In this document: one piece after another, positions 9,207 to 19,854 of the stretch
How the letters are laid out: each line of letters starts with the position of its first letter
Position numbering within the stretch: position 1 is the first letter of the stretch
Assembly: GCA_016125375.1 (NCBI GenBank)
Contig: WGLU01000004.1
Coordinates: 10,528-74,527, forward strand
Direction of reading: 5' to 3'
Length of the DNA stretch: 64,000 bases
Source of the DNA: Pseudomonadota bacterium
Lineage (GTDB): Bacteria; Pseudomonadota; Alphaproteobacteria; UBA1280; RI-95
Made by a program: the position numbers and the translations under genes
The notes under the pieces: model-generated
Told to the model about the DNA's origin: nothing
Database searches by the model: none
The model's input: the letters and a program-made list of their open reading frames with translations, nothing else

Positions 9207-11711
9207 ATGGAAAGACGAGACATGACAGACGCAGGTAAAGACAAGAAAAGTACCACGCTGGGTGTCAAATCCGGCACGTTGAGCGTCGGCACCCTCTCGA
9301 CCGCAAGCGGTACCCGCGCCAATGCATCCCGTGGCGTGGAAGTTGAAGTGCGCAAGCGCCGCGATTTCAGCAGCACCCCTGCCGTCGGCGGTAAAGGCCC
9401 TGTTTCTCCGGAGCTGGAAGAAAAACGCCGTATTCTGGAAGAGGCCGAGAAAAACGCCGCGACCGAAGCCGAGCAGCGTGACCGCGACCGTAAAGTGGCC
9501 GAGGATCTGGCCCGCAAACGCGCGGAAGAAGCTCAGCGTAAAGTTGAGGAAGAGGCGGCCCGCAAAGCAGCAGAAGAAGCCCGCGCAGCAGAAGAGACCG
9601 TCGCTGCCGTTCAGGCTACCGCACGCCCTGCCGAGGATGACCGCCCCAAAACAGCAACACCGGTGGACAGTGCCCCCCGCCGCCGCGATCCGGCTGCAGA
9701 AGAGCGCGAGCGCAACCGTGCCGCTCCGGTTAAGGGTAAAGATACATCCGGCCGCAAAAAAGGTGGCCGTAACGCCTATCTGGAAGATCTGGAACAGCGC
9801 TATCGTAGCGGGCGCCGTAAAGTGGGTGTGAACAAAAAAGGCTTCTCCAGCCAGCCGGCCGAAAAAATCATCCGTGAGGTCATTATCCCCGAGGTAATTA
9901 CCGTGGGCGAACTGGCCAACCGTATGAGCGAGCGTAGTGCTGACGTGGTCAAAAAACTGATGGGTCTGGGCCAAATGGTCACTATCACCCAGTCGATTGA
10001 TCAAGAAACTGCCGCCCTGCTGGTCGAAGAGTTTGGCCACAAGTACAAACTGGTTGCCGAAACCGATATCGAAATTGATCTGGTCGAGGCTGATGATTCT
10101 GCCGAGGACATGATTACCCGTCCGCCGGTTGTGACCGTTATGGGCCACGTTGACCACGGTAAAACATCGCTGCTGGATGCCATCCGCCGGACCGACGTGG
10201 TTGCTGGCGAGGCTGGCGGGATTACCCAGCACATCGGCGCATATCAGGTAACCACCAAATCCGGCAAGCCGATTACCTTCCTAGATACACCGGGTCACGA
10301 GGCCTTTACCGCCATGCGTGCACGTGGTGCCGCAGTAACGGACGTGGTTGTTCTGGTTGTAGCTGCTGACGACGGCGTCATGCCGCAAACAGTGGAAGCC
10401 ATCAAACACGCCAAAGCAGCCGGTGTGCCGATTATTGTGGCCGTGAACAAAATTGATAAGCCCGAAGCGAACCCAGATAAAGTTAAGCAGGAACTGCTGA
10501 GCTACGAACTGGTGTCCGAGGATTACGGCGGCGAGACCATTTTCGTCCACGTATCTGCCAAGCAAGGCAAAGGCATTGATGAACTGGAAGAGATGATTCT
10601 CCTCCAGTCCGAAGTGCTGGACCTGCAAGCCAACCCGAGCCGTAAGGCCGATGGTGTTGTGGTCGAAGCCCAACTGGACAAAGGCCGTGGCCCAGTCGCT
10701 ACCGTGATTGTGAAGCGCGGTACCCTGAAAGACGGTGATATTCTGGTGGTCGGCAGCACATGGGGCCGTGTCCGCGCCCTGATGAACGACCGCGGCGCCC
10801 GCGTGACCGAAGCCGGTCCCGCCATGCCGGTGGAGATTCTGGGCCTGCAATCCGTGCCGGACGCCGGTGACGAGTTCGTGGTGGTGGACAGTGACCGCCG
10901 TGCCCGCGAGGTTGCCGAGTTCCGTGACCGTAAAAAACGCGAAATGCAGCAGGTTCAGACCAGCAAAATGTCGCTGGATAACCTCTTCAGCCAGATTGCC
11001 GCCGGTGAGGTTAAAGAACTGCCGCTCATCGTTAAGGGTGACGTGCAGGGCTCTATCGAGGCCATTACCGACGCCGTACAGAAACTGGCAACGGACGAGA
11101 TTAAAGTCCGCGTGCTGCACAGCGCCGTGGGCGTGATTACCGAGTCCGACGTGATGCTGGCAACAGCGTCCAACGCGCTGATTATCGGCTTTAACGTCCG
11201 TGCGAACCCTCAGGCACGAACCCTGTCGGAACGCGAAGGCATCGAGATCCGTTACTACAACGTGATTTACACACTTGTGGACGAGATCAAGTCCGCGATG
11301 GCCGGTATGCTCGAGCCCGAGTACACCGAGAAAGTCATCGGTCAGGCCGAAATCCGCGAAGTGTTCAAGGTTTCCAAAGTGGGCACCATTGCCGGCTGTA
11401 TGGTCACCAGCGGTGTTATCCAGCGCAATGCCAAGGTCCGCCTCATCCGTGACGGTATCGTCATTCACGAAGGCGAACTGGCCAGCCTGAAACGCTTCAA
11501 GGATGACGCCAAGGAAGTTCAGTCCGGCTTTGAATGCGGCCTGAGCTTTGCCAAGACTGACGACCTGCGTGCGGGAGATCAGGTTGAATGCTTCATCATG
11601 GAAGAGCAGAAAATTGACCTCGACGTCCTGAAAAAACGTGCCGAAGAGCGCCAGAAAGCCGCAGCGGCTGAAGAGAAAGCTGCCGCAGCGAACGAGGAAA
11701 AAGCAGGTTGA
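9207..11711 (+). CDS. infB: translation initiation factor IF-2
   Basis: GTPase motifs [29 protein letters not shown]; Lys/Glu/Ala-rich N-terminus; 834 aa. Confidence 0.97.
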   Translation: MERRDMTDAGKDKKSTTLGVKSGTLSVGTLSTASGTRANASRGVEVEVRKRRDFSSTPAVGGKGPVSPELEEKRRILEEAEKNAATEAEQRDRDRKVAEDLARKRAEEAQRKVEEEAARKAAEEARAAEETVAAVQATARPAEDDRPKTATPVDSAPRRRDPAAEERERNRAAPVKGKDTSGRKKGGRNAYLEDLEQRYRSGRRKVGVNKKGFSSQPAEKIIREVIIPEVITVGELANRMSERSADVVKKLMGLGQMVTITQSIDQETAALLVEEFGHKYKLVAETDIEIDLVEADDSAEDMITRPPVVTVMGHVDHGKTSLLDAIRRTDVVAGEAGGITQHIGAYQVTTKSGKPITFLDTPGHEAFTAMRARGAAVTDVVVLVVAADDGVMPQTVEAIKHAKAAGVPIIVAVNKIDKPEANPDKVKQELLSYELVSEDYGGETIFVHVSAKQGKGIDELEEMILLQSEVLDLQANPSRKADGVVVEAQLDKGRGPVATVIVKRGTLKDGDILVVGSTWGRVRALMNDRGARVTEAGPAMPVEILGLQSVPDAGDEFVVVDSDRRAREVAEFRDRKKREMQQVQTSKMSLDNLFSQIAAGEVKELPLIVKGDVQGSIEAITDAVQKLATDEIKVRVLHSAVGVITESDVMLATASNALIIGFNVRANPQARTLSEREGIEIRYYNVIYTLVDEIKSAMAGMLEPEYTEKVIGQAEIREVFKVSKVGTIAGCMVTSGVIQRNAKVRLIRDGIVIHEGELASLKRFKDDAKEVQSGFECGLSFAKTDDLRAGDQVECFIMEEQKIDLDVLKKRAEERQKAAAAEEKAAAANEEKAG

Positions 11712-12091
11712 AAGCCGGTACATCCACACGCCAGCAACGGGTAGAAGGACTGATTAAAGAGATTGTCAGTCAGGCACTTGCCCGTGGGGATACGCACCAT
11801 CCGCTGCTGACCAGCCTGATTACCATCTCCGCCGTGGAGGTCAGCCCCGACCTGCGCCACGCCAAGGTGTACTTCAGCCCGCTGGGTGGCCGTGGCGACA
11901 TCAAAGAGCTGGCCACAGCCTTGAATGATGAAGCCCGTTACTTCAGCGCCGTGCTGGGCCGCCAGATGCATACCAAATACACACCGCGTCTGCGTTTTGT
12001 GTATGACGATGCGTTCGACGAGGCCAGCAGGATGGACGACCTTATTCGCCGTGCCAACAGCAAACCGATTGGCGTGGACGAAGAAGAATAG
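11708..12091 (+). CDS. rbfA: ribosome-binding factor A
   Basis: Overlaps the infB stop; [20 protein letters not shown]...TPRLRFVYD typical of RbfA. Confidence 0.92.
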   Translation: MKAGTSTRQQRVEGLIKEIVSQALARGDTHHPLLTSLITISAVEVSPDLRHAKVYFSPLGGRGDIKELATALNDEARYFSAVLGRQMHTKYTPRLRFVYDDAFDEASRMDDLIRRANSKPIGVDEEE

Positions 12092-12106
12092 GTATCTGCA
12101 AATAGA

Positions 12107-12138
12107 AAAGGCCCCCGCACTTGCGGGGGCTTTCGCTT
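12107..12138. terminator. hairpin shared by rbfA (+) and the 12148..12522 gene (-)
   Basis: stem gcccccgc/gcgggggc, loop actt, A-run before and T-rich after. Confidence 0.7.
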
Positions 12139-12147
12139 GGGAGGGGC

Positions 12148-12522
12148 TTAAGCCGCATACTCGAGCTTGATCGTAATCGGCCAGTCAAGGTTGTCAATGG
12201 TCGCGACCAGCATCATGATCGTGACCTCCTCCAGCAGGAGCTTGAAAGGCTGGATGGCCTTGTTCAGGTCCTTGATGTCGGCATTGGCCGGAAAGTCCTG
12301 CAGCAGCGCGGCGAGGCGCATGAACATTTTCAGGTTCAGGTCTTCCTGGCTGGCGGCGATGATGGTATTGAACACCAGATCGTCGGTCGGCAGGCCGTGC
12401 ATCTCGGCAGTTTTAATCGCAATAGCGAACCGGCGCCGCGTTTCGGCATCCACACGGACGGAGAAGCGGGCGTTAACAGCTTTCAATAATGTAAGGTCGG
12501 TTATGGGGGTTGGGAGCGTCAT
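12148..12522 (-). CDS. hypothetical protein, paralog A (124 aa)
   Basis: ATG at 12522 with GGAG 11 nt upstream; aligns over its full length with the 12659..13024 product; C/G-ending codons. Confidence 0.7.
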   Translation of the reverse strand: MTLPTPITDLTLLKAVNARFSVRVDAETRRRFAIAIKTAEMHGLPTDDLVFNTIIAASQEDLNLKMFMRLAALLQDFPANADIKDLNKAIQPFKLLLEEVTIMMLVATIDNLDWPITIKLEYAA

Positions 12523-12568
12523 GATAGGTCTTCTCCAGACAGGAAACGGAAAAGATAAATAAGGACCC

Positions 12569-12598
12569 ATAAGTGCCAGTCGTGGGCAGATATGTCAA
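12569..12598 (-). promoter_or_regulatory. putative promoter of paralog A
   Basis: - strand TTGACA-N18-ACTTAT. Confidence 0.35.
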
Positions 12599-12616
12599 GT
12601 TATTCGCACCAAAAGA

Positions 12617-12643
12617 ACAAGCCCCCGCAGTGCGGGGGCTTGT
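12617..12643 (-). terminator. intrinsic terminator of paralog B
   Basis: 12-bp stem acaagcccccgc/gcgggggcttgt, 3-nt loop, T-rich tract on the - strand. Confidence 0.75.
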
Positions 12644-12658
12644 CGTCGTTTGGTGTGG

Positions 12659-13024
12659 TCAGAACTCGATGGTCAGCGGCCATTCCGGCAGTTCGCCGTT
12701 GTGGGCGCGTATCATCAGGGCCTTGACGATGTCGAGCAGCGGCATGACCGGCTGGATGGCGGTGATCAGCTTCAACAGACCGACATCCACCGACAGGTCT
12801 TTGATCAGTGCCACGATGCGGGTGTTGATCTTCAGCAGCAGGTCTTCGGCATCGGTTGCGGTCAGCTTGCGAAACTCGGTATCGTTCTCCGGCATGCCGC
12901 GGGTGCGGGCGATGGAAAGGGCTTCTGCGAACTGGGCCTTGTTGTCGGCGTCCAGCATGGGCGAAAAGCGCGCGTAGGTGACTTCGAGGACCGTCAGATC
13001 GGTCTCGGGCGTCGGGAGGGACAT
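12659..13024 (-). CDS. hypothetical protein, paralog B (121 aa)
   Basis: AAGGAG SD before the ATG at 13024; 49 of 120 aligned positions identical to paralog A by hand alignment. Confidence 0.75.
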   Translation of the reverse strand: MSLPTPETDLTVLEVTYARFSPMLDADNKAQFAEALSIARTRGMPENDTEFRKLTATDAEDLLLKINTRIVALIKDLSVDVGLLKLITAIQPVMPLLDIVKALMIRAHNGELPEWPLTIEF

Positions 13025-13082
13025 GGCAGCTCCTTAAAAGCAGGCGGAAAAGCGTGAAAGCAAGATGGGTAATCTCCCCGCA

Positions 13083-13111
13083 GATTTAGGGTGGGGGGCG
13101 GCGTGTTTCAA
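13083..13111 (-). promoter_or_regulatory. putative promoter of paralog B
   Basis: - strand TTGAAA-N17-TAAATC. Confidence 0.3.
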
Positions 13112-13175
13112 GAGCGTAACTTGACGTCCCCCGATTTTTAGGCGATGGATACAGTGTTTTTAAAAGGACGGACAC

Positions 13176-14111
13176 ATGGCACGGCGCAAAAAAGGTAACC
13201 CTGTTCACGGCTGGCTGATACTGGACAAGCCCTACGGTATGGGCTCCACACCTGCTGTAAGTTTTGCCCGCCGCGTCTTTAATGCGCAGAAGGCGGGGCA
13301 CGGCGGCACGCTTGACCCGCTGGCCGAAGGCGTGCTGCCCATTGCACTGGGCGAGGCCACCAAAACCCTGCCCTATATTTTAGATGCCGATAAAACCTAC
13401 CGCTTCACCCTGCGTTTTGGCACCGCTACGGCCACAGGGGATGCGGAAGGTGACATCGTGGCAACCAGCGATGTACGCCCGACCGAAGCACAAATACAGG
13501 CTATTCTGCCCCAGTTTACAGGCGGGATTACCCAAACACCGCCCGCCTACAGTGCTCTTAAAATTGACGGCAAGCCTGCTTATGAACGTGCCCGCGCCGG
13601 TGAGACGGTGGAGATACCCAGCCGCGACGTGACCATTTACAGCCTTAAACTGCGCGCCTACACGCCGGAGGAGAGCACCTTCGAGGCTGAAGTCAGCAAA
13701 GGCACCTATATCCGCTCCCTCGGGCAGGATATGGCGGTGGCATTGGGCAGTTGCGGGCACCTGAGCTACCTGCGCCGCCTCAAGGCCGGGCCGTTTGACG
13801 AAAAAATGGCGATTACAAAAGAAACACTTGAAAACTGCCTACAAAATGGGCATAGTCCCCAAACTGTTTTGCACCCGCCCGAAGTGGCGCTGGCCGATAT
13901 CCCGGCCCACACGGCGGATGCCCAGGACAGGCAAACCCTGAAAACAGGCCGAGTACCCGACTGGCCTGGGTTGGCTCCCGGCACGTACCGCGTGCACGAT
14001 AAGGTCAACGGGCAATTGCTGTCACTGGTCAGCATCGGCGCAGATGCGGAAGGGACAAAGCGTATTCTGCGCAATTTTAACTTGGATGAAACGGATATCG
14101 CGAAGGAGTAA
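13176..14111 (+). CDS. truB: tRNA pseudouridine55 synthase
   Basis: [13 protein letters not shown]...[16 protein letters not shown] catalytic-Asp motif. Confidence 0.95.
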   Translation: MARRKKGNPVHGWLILDKPYGMGSTPAVSFARRVFNAQKAGHGGTLDPLAEGVLPIALGEATKTLPYILDADKTYRFTLRFGTATATGDAEGDIVATSDVRPTEAQIQAILPQFTGGITQTPPAYSALKIDGKPAYERARAGETVEIPSRDVTIYSLKLRAYTPEESTFEAEVSKGTYIRSLGQDMAVALGSCGHLSYLRRLKAGPFDEKMAITKETLENCLQNGHSPQTVLHPPEVALADIPAHTADAQDRQTLKTGRVPDWPGLAPGTYRVHDKVNGQLLSLVSIGADAEGTKRILRNFNLDETDIAKE

Positions 14112-14116
14112 GACAA

Positions 14117-14386
14117 ATGAGCTTGCATTATATCGACACTGCCGCTCTGGTGAAAAAATACGGTAAAGACGGTAAAGATTCCGGCGCTGTAGAAGTACAG
14201 GTTGCTGTTCTGACCGGTCGTATCAACCACCTGACCGAACACTTTAAAGAGCACAAAAAAGACCATCACGGCCGCCGCGGCCTGATGAAGATGGTTTCGA
14301 CCCGTCGTCGTCTGCTCAAGTACCTGCAAGGCAAAGACCAAGCACGTTACACCACACTGATTGGTGAGCTGGGTCTGCGTAAGTAA
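14117..14386 (+). CDS. rpsO: 30S ribosomal protein S15
   Basis: 89 aa; GSVEVQVA-type N-terminus, [15 protein letters not shown]-like core, YxxLIxxLGLR end. Confidence 0.97.
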   Translation: MSLHYIDTAALVKKYGKDGKDSGAVEVQVAVLTGRINHLTEHFKEHKKDHHGRRGLMKMVSTRRRLLKYLQGKDQARYTTLIGELGLRK

Positions 14387-14405
14387 CACTTACCTGCCAC
14401 ACGCT

Positions 14406-14437
14406 AAAAACCCCCGCATGCCGCGGGGGTTTTTTTG
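14406..14437 (+). terminator. intrinsic terminator after rpsO
   Basis: stem cccccgc/gcggggg followed by ttttttt. Confidence 0.85.
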
Positions 14438-14445
14438 TTGCCGTG

Positions 14446-14470
14446 CGCCATCCAAACGATGGCGGTTTTT
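14446..14470 (+). terminator. second hairpin with T-run in the rpsO-pnp spacer
   Basis: stem cgccatc/gatggcg, loop caaac, then gttttta. Confidence 0.5.
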
Positions 14471-14540
14471 ATGCGTTTGGGGATGTTTTTTGATAATTTT
14501 GTTTGTGATTGCGGCGAACCGTTCTATATAGAGGGGGACG

Positions 14541-14570
14541 TATGAAAGTTAAATGTAAGAGTGAAAGTTA
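14541..14570 (+). CDS. 9-codon upstream ORF (MKVKCKSES) in the pnp leader
   Basis: GAGGGGGA SD 4 nt before the ATG. The stop lies 10 nt before the pnp ATG, which has no recognisable SD of its own. Confidence 0.3.
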
Positions 14571-14580
14571 GATAAACAGC

Positions 14581-16803
14581 ATGTTTACTGTATTCCGCAA
14601 ACAAATGGACTGGGCTGGCCGCCCCCTGACAATTGAAACCGGCCGCGTAGCCCGTCAGGCCGATGGCGCCGTAATGGTGACCTACGGCGAAACCGTGGTA
14701 CTGGCCACTGTCTGCTTTGAGAAAAAGCAAAAAGAAGGTCTGGATTTCTTCCCCCTGACCGTGAACTATCAAGAGAAATTCTATGCCGGCGGCCGTATCC
14801 CCGGCGGTTTCTTCAAGCGTGAAGGTCGTCCGACCGAGAAGGAGACCCTGACCTCCCGCCTGATCGACCGTCCTATCCGCCCGCTGTTCGTCAAAGGCTT
14901 CAAAAACGAAACACAGGTTATCTGCACCGTACTGTCCTCTGACGGCCAGAACGATGCCGACGTTGTGTCCATGGTTGCTGCCTCCGCTGCGCTGACCCTG
15001 TCCGGCGTGCCTTTCATGGGCCCGGTAGGCGCTGCCCGTGTTGCCGTTATCAACGGCGAATACGTGCTGAACCCGACCACCGAAGAACGTGCTGACACCA
15101 GCCTCGACATGGTGGTTGCCGGTACACGCGAAGGCGTGCTGATGGTTGAGTCCGAAGCCAAAGAACTGCCGGAAGACGTGATGCTGGGCGCCGTTATGTA
15201 CGCCCACAAAGAGTTCCAACCTGTTATCGACGGTATCATCGAACTGGCCGAAGCTGCTGCCAAGCCGGGCTTCGAGTTCAGCGTTGCCGACACCGACGAC
15301 ATGGAAAAATCCATCGCCAAAGCCTTCGGTAAAGACATCGAAAAAGCTTACGGCATCAAAGAAAAAACCGAGCGCCGCAACCTGCTGGACAGCCTGAAAC
15401 AACAGGCCATCGAGAAATTCGGCGGTGCTGAAGGCGAAAACGCCAACATGGTTAAAGGCGTCTTTAAAGAAGCCGAAGCCCGCGTGCTGCGCGGCGCCGT
15501 GCTGGAAACCGGCAAGCGTATCGACGGCCGCGACACCCGCACCGTCCGTCCGATTGTCTGCGAAGTTGACATGCTGCCCCGTGCCCACGGTAGCGCCATG
15601 TTCACCCGCGGCGAAACCCAGGCCATTGTTGTGGCCACGCTGGGTTCCGGCCGTGATGAGCAGATTATCGACTCCATCGAAGGCGAATTCAAAGACCGCT
15701 TCATGCTGCACTACAACTTCCCTCCGTTCTCGGTTGGTGAAGTTGGCCGCATGGGCTCCCCGGGCCGCCGCGAAATCGGTCACGGCCGTCTGGCACGCCG
15801 CTCCATCGAGGGTATGCTGCCTGCCAAGGATGCTTTCCCGTACACCATCCGCGTTGTGTCCGAGATTACCGAATCCAACGGTTCGTCCTCTATGGCAACC
15901 GTCTGCGGTACCTCGATGGCACTGATGGCCGCTGGCGTGCCGATGGAACGCCCTGTTGCCGGTATCGCCATGGGTCTGGTGAAAGAAGGTAAAGACTTTA
16001 CCGTTCTGTCCGACATCATGGGTGACGAAGACCACCTCGGCGACATGGACTTTAAAGTAGCCGGTACCGAAAAAGGGATTACCGCGCTGCAGATGGACAT
16101 CAAAATCACCTCCATTACCGAGGCGATTATGAAACAGGCGCTGGAGCAGGCTCACGAGGGCCGTATCCACATCCTCGGCAAAATGGCGAGCGCCATCAGC
16201 GAAAGCCGTACCGAAGTGTCCGAAAAAGCCCCTGGCATGACCACCTTCAAGATCGACAAAGAGAAGATCCGCGAAGTGATTGGTACCGGTGGTAAAATCA
16301 TCCGCGCCCTGCAAGAAGAAACAGGCTGCACGGTTGATATTCAGGACGACGGTACCGTGTCTGTCTCCGGCGTTGACCGTAAGTCCCTGAAAGAGTGCGT
16401 TGAGCGCATTCAGGGCATTGTCGCTATGCCGGAAGCCGGCACCATGTACACCGGCGAAGTGACCCGCGTGACCGACTTCGGTGCGTTTATCCGCATCCTG
16501 CCGAGCCACGAAGGTCTGCTCCACATCTCCGAAATCGTTCCTGTCCGCATCGGTCAGGTAAGCGATGTCCTGAACGAGGGTGAAGTGGTGACCGTCAAGT
16601 GCGTGAACCTAGAAGACAATGGCAAAATCCGCCTGACCATGAAGGAAATCCCACAAACGGCCGAGATTCAGGCCCGTGTGGAAGCCGTTGTGGAAGCCGG
16701 TGGCACCCAGCCTACCGCCGAAACCCTTGCCGCTCGTGAGCGCAAGGAAGAGCGTGGTGGCCGTGACCGCGGCCGTGGTGGCCCGCGCCGCCGCAGCGCC
16801 TAA
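14581..16803 (+). CDS. pnp: polyribonucleotide nucleotidyltransferase (PNPase)
   Basis: Two RNase PH domains plus KH and S1 ([15 protein letters not shown]); Arg/Gly-rich C-terminal tail; 740 aa. Confidence 0.97.
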   Translation: MFTVFRKQMDWAGRPLTIETGRVARQADGAVMVTYGETVVLATVCFEKKQKEGLDFFPLTVNYQEKFYAGGRIPGGFFKREGRPTEKETLTSRLIDRPIRPLFVKGFKNETQVICTVLSSDGQNDADVVSMVAASAALTLSGVPFMGPVGAARVAVINGEYVLNPTTEERADTSLDMVVAGTREGVLMVESEAKELPEDVMLGAVMYAHKEFQPVIDGIIELAEAAAKPGFEFSVADTDDMEKSIAKAFGKDIEKAYGIKEKTERRNLLDSLKQQAIEKFGGAEGENANMVKGVFKEAEARVLRGAVLETGKRIDGRDTRTVRPIVCEVDMLPRAHGSAMFTRGETQAIVVATLGSGRDEQIIDSIEGEFKDRFMLHYNFPPFSVGEVGRMGSPGRREIGHGRLARRSIEGMLPAKDAFPYTIRVVSEITESNGSSSMATVCGTSMALMAAGVPMERPVAGIAMGLVKEGKDFTVLSDIMGDEDHLGDMDFKVAGTEKGITALQMDIKITSITEAIMKQALEQAHEGRIHILGKMASAISESRTEVSEKAPGMTTFKIDKEKIREVIGTGGKIIRALQEETGCTVDIQDDGTVSVSGVDRKSLKECVERIQGIVAMPEAGTMYTGEVTRVTDFGAFIRILPSHEGLLHISEIVPVRIGQVSDVLNEGEVVTVKCVNLEDNGKIRLTMKEIPQTAEIQARVEAVVEAGGTQPTAETLAARERKEERGGRDRGRGGPRRRSA

Positions 16804-16818
16804 GGCATCTGCCAAAGA

Positions 16819-16848
16819 CAAAACCCCCGCCGAAAGGCGGGGGTTTTT
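16819..16848. terminator. bidirectional terminator between pnp and the convergent M48 gene
   Basis: stem cccccgcc/ggcggggg, loop gaaa, A-run before and T-run after. Confidence 0.85.
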
Positions 16849-16850
16849 CG

Positions 16851-17852
16851 TTATTTCTTGTGATAGACGGCGCGCAGGCGGCGCATCGCGTCATAGCGGG
16901 CCGTGGACGGCGGATGGGAAGCCAGATACTTCACCCAGCCCTGAACGGGCATATCCGGGTCGTGGCCGAGCTTGCGGTAGTAGGCACGCTGTGCCTCTTC
17001 CACGATGAACAGGCCGGCGACCAGCAACTGCGGGTCCATACGGCGGGCGCTGAAGTAGTCGGCATGGAACTCGTTCCGGCGACTGGAGGCAGTCGACAGC
17101 AGGAAGATGGCCATGCGGGCAGCGCCCCACGTGAGGATGAACGACAGCATCAGCGGCGCCCAGCCGGACGTAACCGGCGTATTGATGAGCGCGAAGATGA
17201 GCGTGGCAGCGGTTGCGATGCCGCCCAGCACATGGAACAGCACAGCGCGCGAGATGTCGCGGTTCTTGACGTGACCCAGCTCGTGGAGCAGTACGGCGGC
17301 CAACTCTTGGCGCGTCATGGTCTCGGTGAGCGTCTGGTCGATGAGGATGATGGGCGTGCTCTGCCAACCCTGCACGGTCACCATGATGTTGGGTACATCC
17401 ATGGGATACACGTACACCTCGGGCGGGCTGATGCCTTCCACCTCGGTCAGGAGGCGCACCATGTCGTACAGGGCGTCGCCGGTCTTGAGCTGGCGGCCAC
17501 CCTTTTTGGTGGCTTCCTCGTGCAGCGCTTCGCGCACACGGAGGTTGTAGCGCATGCCCACATAGAACAGCGTCAGGACGCCGACGGCAATGCCGAGGTA
17601 GAACAGATTCAGACTGTCCAGCGCCTCGAAACCGTAGAACACCCAGTCAGCGCCCGAAAGCACCATGAAAACGCCATGCAGCAAATCGTACGCCACCACC
17701 CACAAAGGCAGGCTGGCGACGGCTGCAAGCGCCAGGGCGTTGCTCTTGCGCGAGAGGGTCTTGCCGTAGTTGGGATCTTCAGGGGCGGGGTAGCCGGCGC
17801 CATAGGCAACCAGTCCCGCCGAGAGGAACAGCGAGAGAAGAAACAGGAACAT
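16851..17852 (-). CDS. membrane-embedded M48-family zinc metalloprotease (HtpX-like)
   Basis: HELGHVKNRD (HEXXH) flanked by several hydrophobic segments. Confidence 0.85.
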   Translation of the reverse strand: MFLFLLSLFLSAGLVAYGAGYPAPEDPNYGKTLSRKSNALALAAVASLPLWVVAYDLLHGVFMVLSGADWVFYGFEALDSLNLFYLGIAVGVLTLFYVGMRYNLRVREALHEEATKKGGRQLKTGDALYDMVRLLTEVEGISPPEVYVYPMDVPNIMVTVQGWQSTPIILIDQTLTETMTRQELAAVLLHELGHVKNRDISRAVLFHVLGGIATAATLIFALINTPVTSGWAPLMLSFILTWGAARMAIFLLSTASSRRNEFHADYFSARRMDPQLLVAGLFIVEEAQRAYYRKLGHDPDMPVQGWVKYLASHPPSTARYDAMRRLRAVYHKK

Positions 17853-18024
17853 AACCGCCTCCTTGCAGGCAGGTCAGTTTGGAAAGCCATCAGGAGAAAA
17901 GACGGGGGAACAGGATGTATGTTTTGGAACTAAAAGGAAAAAAGGGTCAAAAAACCCGCTGATTGTAACGCCAAAAGGCCCCTTTGGCGAGGGGGAAAGT
18001 CATCTTTTTATGCAGAGGCAGGAA

Positions 18025-19185
18025 TTAGTCGGTATCGCCGCTGATGTGCACGCGGGTTTTCTGGCCTTCGTTCCCGTAGACGGCCACCACGCTGGGGTAC
18101 TGCAGGCTGATGGTGTTGCGCTTGCTGGTCTCGGAGCGCAGTTGGCCGCAGGCGGCCAGAATGTCCTCGCCGCGGGTTTTACGCACGGTTACGTGTACAC
18201 CGGCCTTGTCCAGAATGGCGGCAAAGGCGTCGATGCGCTCGGGGCTGGAGCACCCGAACGGGCTGCCCGGCCAGACGTTGAACGGAATCATATTTACCAG
18301 CGAGGGGATGCCCTCGATCAGCTTGACCAGTTTGCGGGCATGGGCGTCACTGTCGTTAATGCCGTCCAGCATCACATACTCCCACGTAATGCGGCGGCGT
18401 TCTTTCAGTTTAAAACCGCGGACTGCGCTCATCAGCGCCGCAACAGGGTATTTTTTATTGATGGGCATAATAGCGGTGCGTGTTTCGTCGTCCGGCGCGT
18501 GGAGGGAAACGGCCAGATTCACGCCCAGTTCTTCGCCCACACGGGTAATCTCGGGCACCACACCGCTGGTGGACAGGGTGATTTTACGGCTGCCGAAGCC
18601 CTGGCCTTTTTCATCCATCAGAATGTGAATGGCGGGGAATACGTTCTCGGTATTATACAGCGGCTCGCCCATGCCCATGAAGACAACGTTACTCAGTTTG
18701 CGGGCGGCGTCTTTGCCGTTAAAGTCGCTCAAAGCCTTACGGGCCAGCCACACCTGCGCCACAATTTCCGCTGCGGTCAGGTTGCGCGCCAGGGCCTGTG
18801 TGCCCGTGTGGCAAAAGCGGCAGGTGAGGGTGCAGCCAATCTGGCTGGACACACACAACGTGCTGCGGGTTTCTTCCGGGATGTAGACGCTCTCCACCTC
18901 GTGGCCGTCGGCCATTTTGAACAGCCATTTAATCACACCGTCGGCGGCGCGTTGCTCCACGCTTACGCTTGGCAGGCGCAAATCCAGCACTTCGGCCATG
19001 ACGGCGCGGTCGCCTTTGGAGAGGTTGGTCATATCTTCCGGCGCCAGAACACCTTTTACATGCACCCAGTCCCATACTTGGGCCGCGCGGAATTTAGGCA
19101 TGCCGCCGCCAACCAGCAGGTCGGTCAGTTGTGCAAGGCTCAGGCCCAGAAGGTGTGGTTTGGTCATGTGGCGTCCGTCCGTCAA
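18025..19185 (-). CDS. rlmN: 23S rRNA/tRNA adenine-C2 methyltransferase, radical SAM
   Basis: CVSSQIGCTLTCRFCHTG radical-SAM cluster motif; GMGEPL; 386 aa. Confidence 0.94.
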   Translation of the reverse strand: MTDGRHMTKPHLLGLSLAQLTDLLVGGGMPKFRAAQVWDWVHVKGVLAPEDMTNLSKGDRAVMAEVLDLRLPSVSVEQRAADGVIKWLFKMADGHEVESVYIPEETRSTLCVSSQIGCTLTCRFCHTGTQALARNLTAAEIVAQVWLARKALSDFNGKDAARKLSNVVFMGMGEPLYNTENVFPAIHILMDEKGQGFGSRKITLSTSGVVPEITRVGEELGVNLAVSLHAPDDETRTAIMPINKKYPVAALMSAVRGFKLKERRRITWEYVMLDGINDSDAHARKLVKLIEGIPSLVNMIPFNVWPGSPFGCSSPERIDAFAAILDKAGVHVTVRKTRGEDILAACGQLRSETSKRNTISLQYPSVVAVYGNEGQKTRVHISGDTD

Positions 19186-19268
19186 AAAAAGCGTTCAACG
19201 GAATATAGGCTTTCTGCTTGAAAGTACAAGGCCAAGCTGCCACCCTTTTTACCTCAAGAGAGGATAAA

Positions 19269-19835
19269 ATGATGGCCCTGACACGCAAATGGGATGACGA
19301 TTTGACCCTGCCGACCGAGCGGTTGGTGATACGGGCGATTTACCCGTCCGATGCGCCGTTGATTTACGCCGCGATTATGGAGACGCTACCGCACCTGCAG
19401 GAATGGATGCCCTGGGCTAGTCCTGCACCCGCACTGGCGGATACCGAATCTTTCTGCAAACACGCGGATGCCCAGCGCAAGGCGGGCAAGGACCTTATCC
19501 TGATTGCAGTGGATAAAACCACTGGCGCGCACGTACTCAGCACGGGCATTCATCCTAAAGATACGGGCGTGCCGTCGTTCGAAATCGGGTACTGGTGCCG
19601 GGCGTCAAAACAGGGACAGGGCTATGTAACCGAGGTGGTCAAGGCACTGACAGATTATGCCTTTACCCATCTTGGTGCGCGCCGCGTGCAGATACACTGC
19701 GATGCCGATAACGCCAAAAGTGCAGCCGTTCCCCGCCGCTGCGGCTTTATAGAGGAGGGGCGCATGAAGCACCATGCCCTCAAACCCGATACGGGTGACC
19801 TGCGCGATACGCTGATTTTTGCCCGCTGCCAGTGA
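19269..19835 (+). CDS. GNAT-family N-acetyltransferase (RimJ/RimL-like)
   Basis: GYWCRASKQGQGYVTEVVKAL...RRCGF motif. ATG at 19269 with AGAGAGGA SD preferred over the track start. Confidence 0.82.
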   Translation: MMALTRKWDDDLTLPTERLVIRAIYPSDAPLIYAAIMETLPHLQEWMPWASPAPALADTESFCKHADAQRKAGKDLILIAVDKTTGAHVLSTGIHPKDTGVPSFEIGYWCRASKQGQGYVTEVVKALTDYAFTHLGARRVQIHCDADNAKSAAVPRRCGFIEEGRMKHHALKPDTGDLRDTLIFARCQ

Positions 19836-19854
19836 AGGCGGGCGACCGGGCAGC

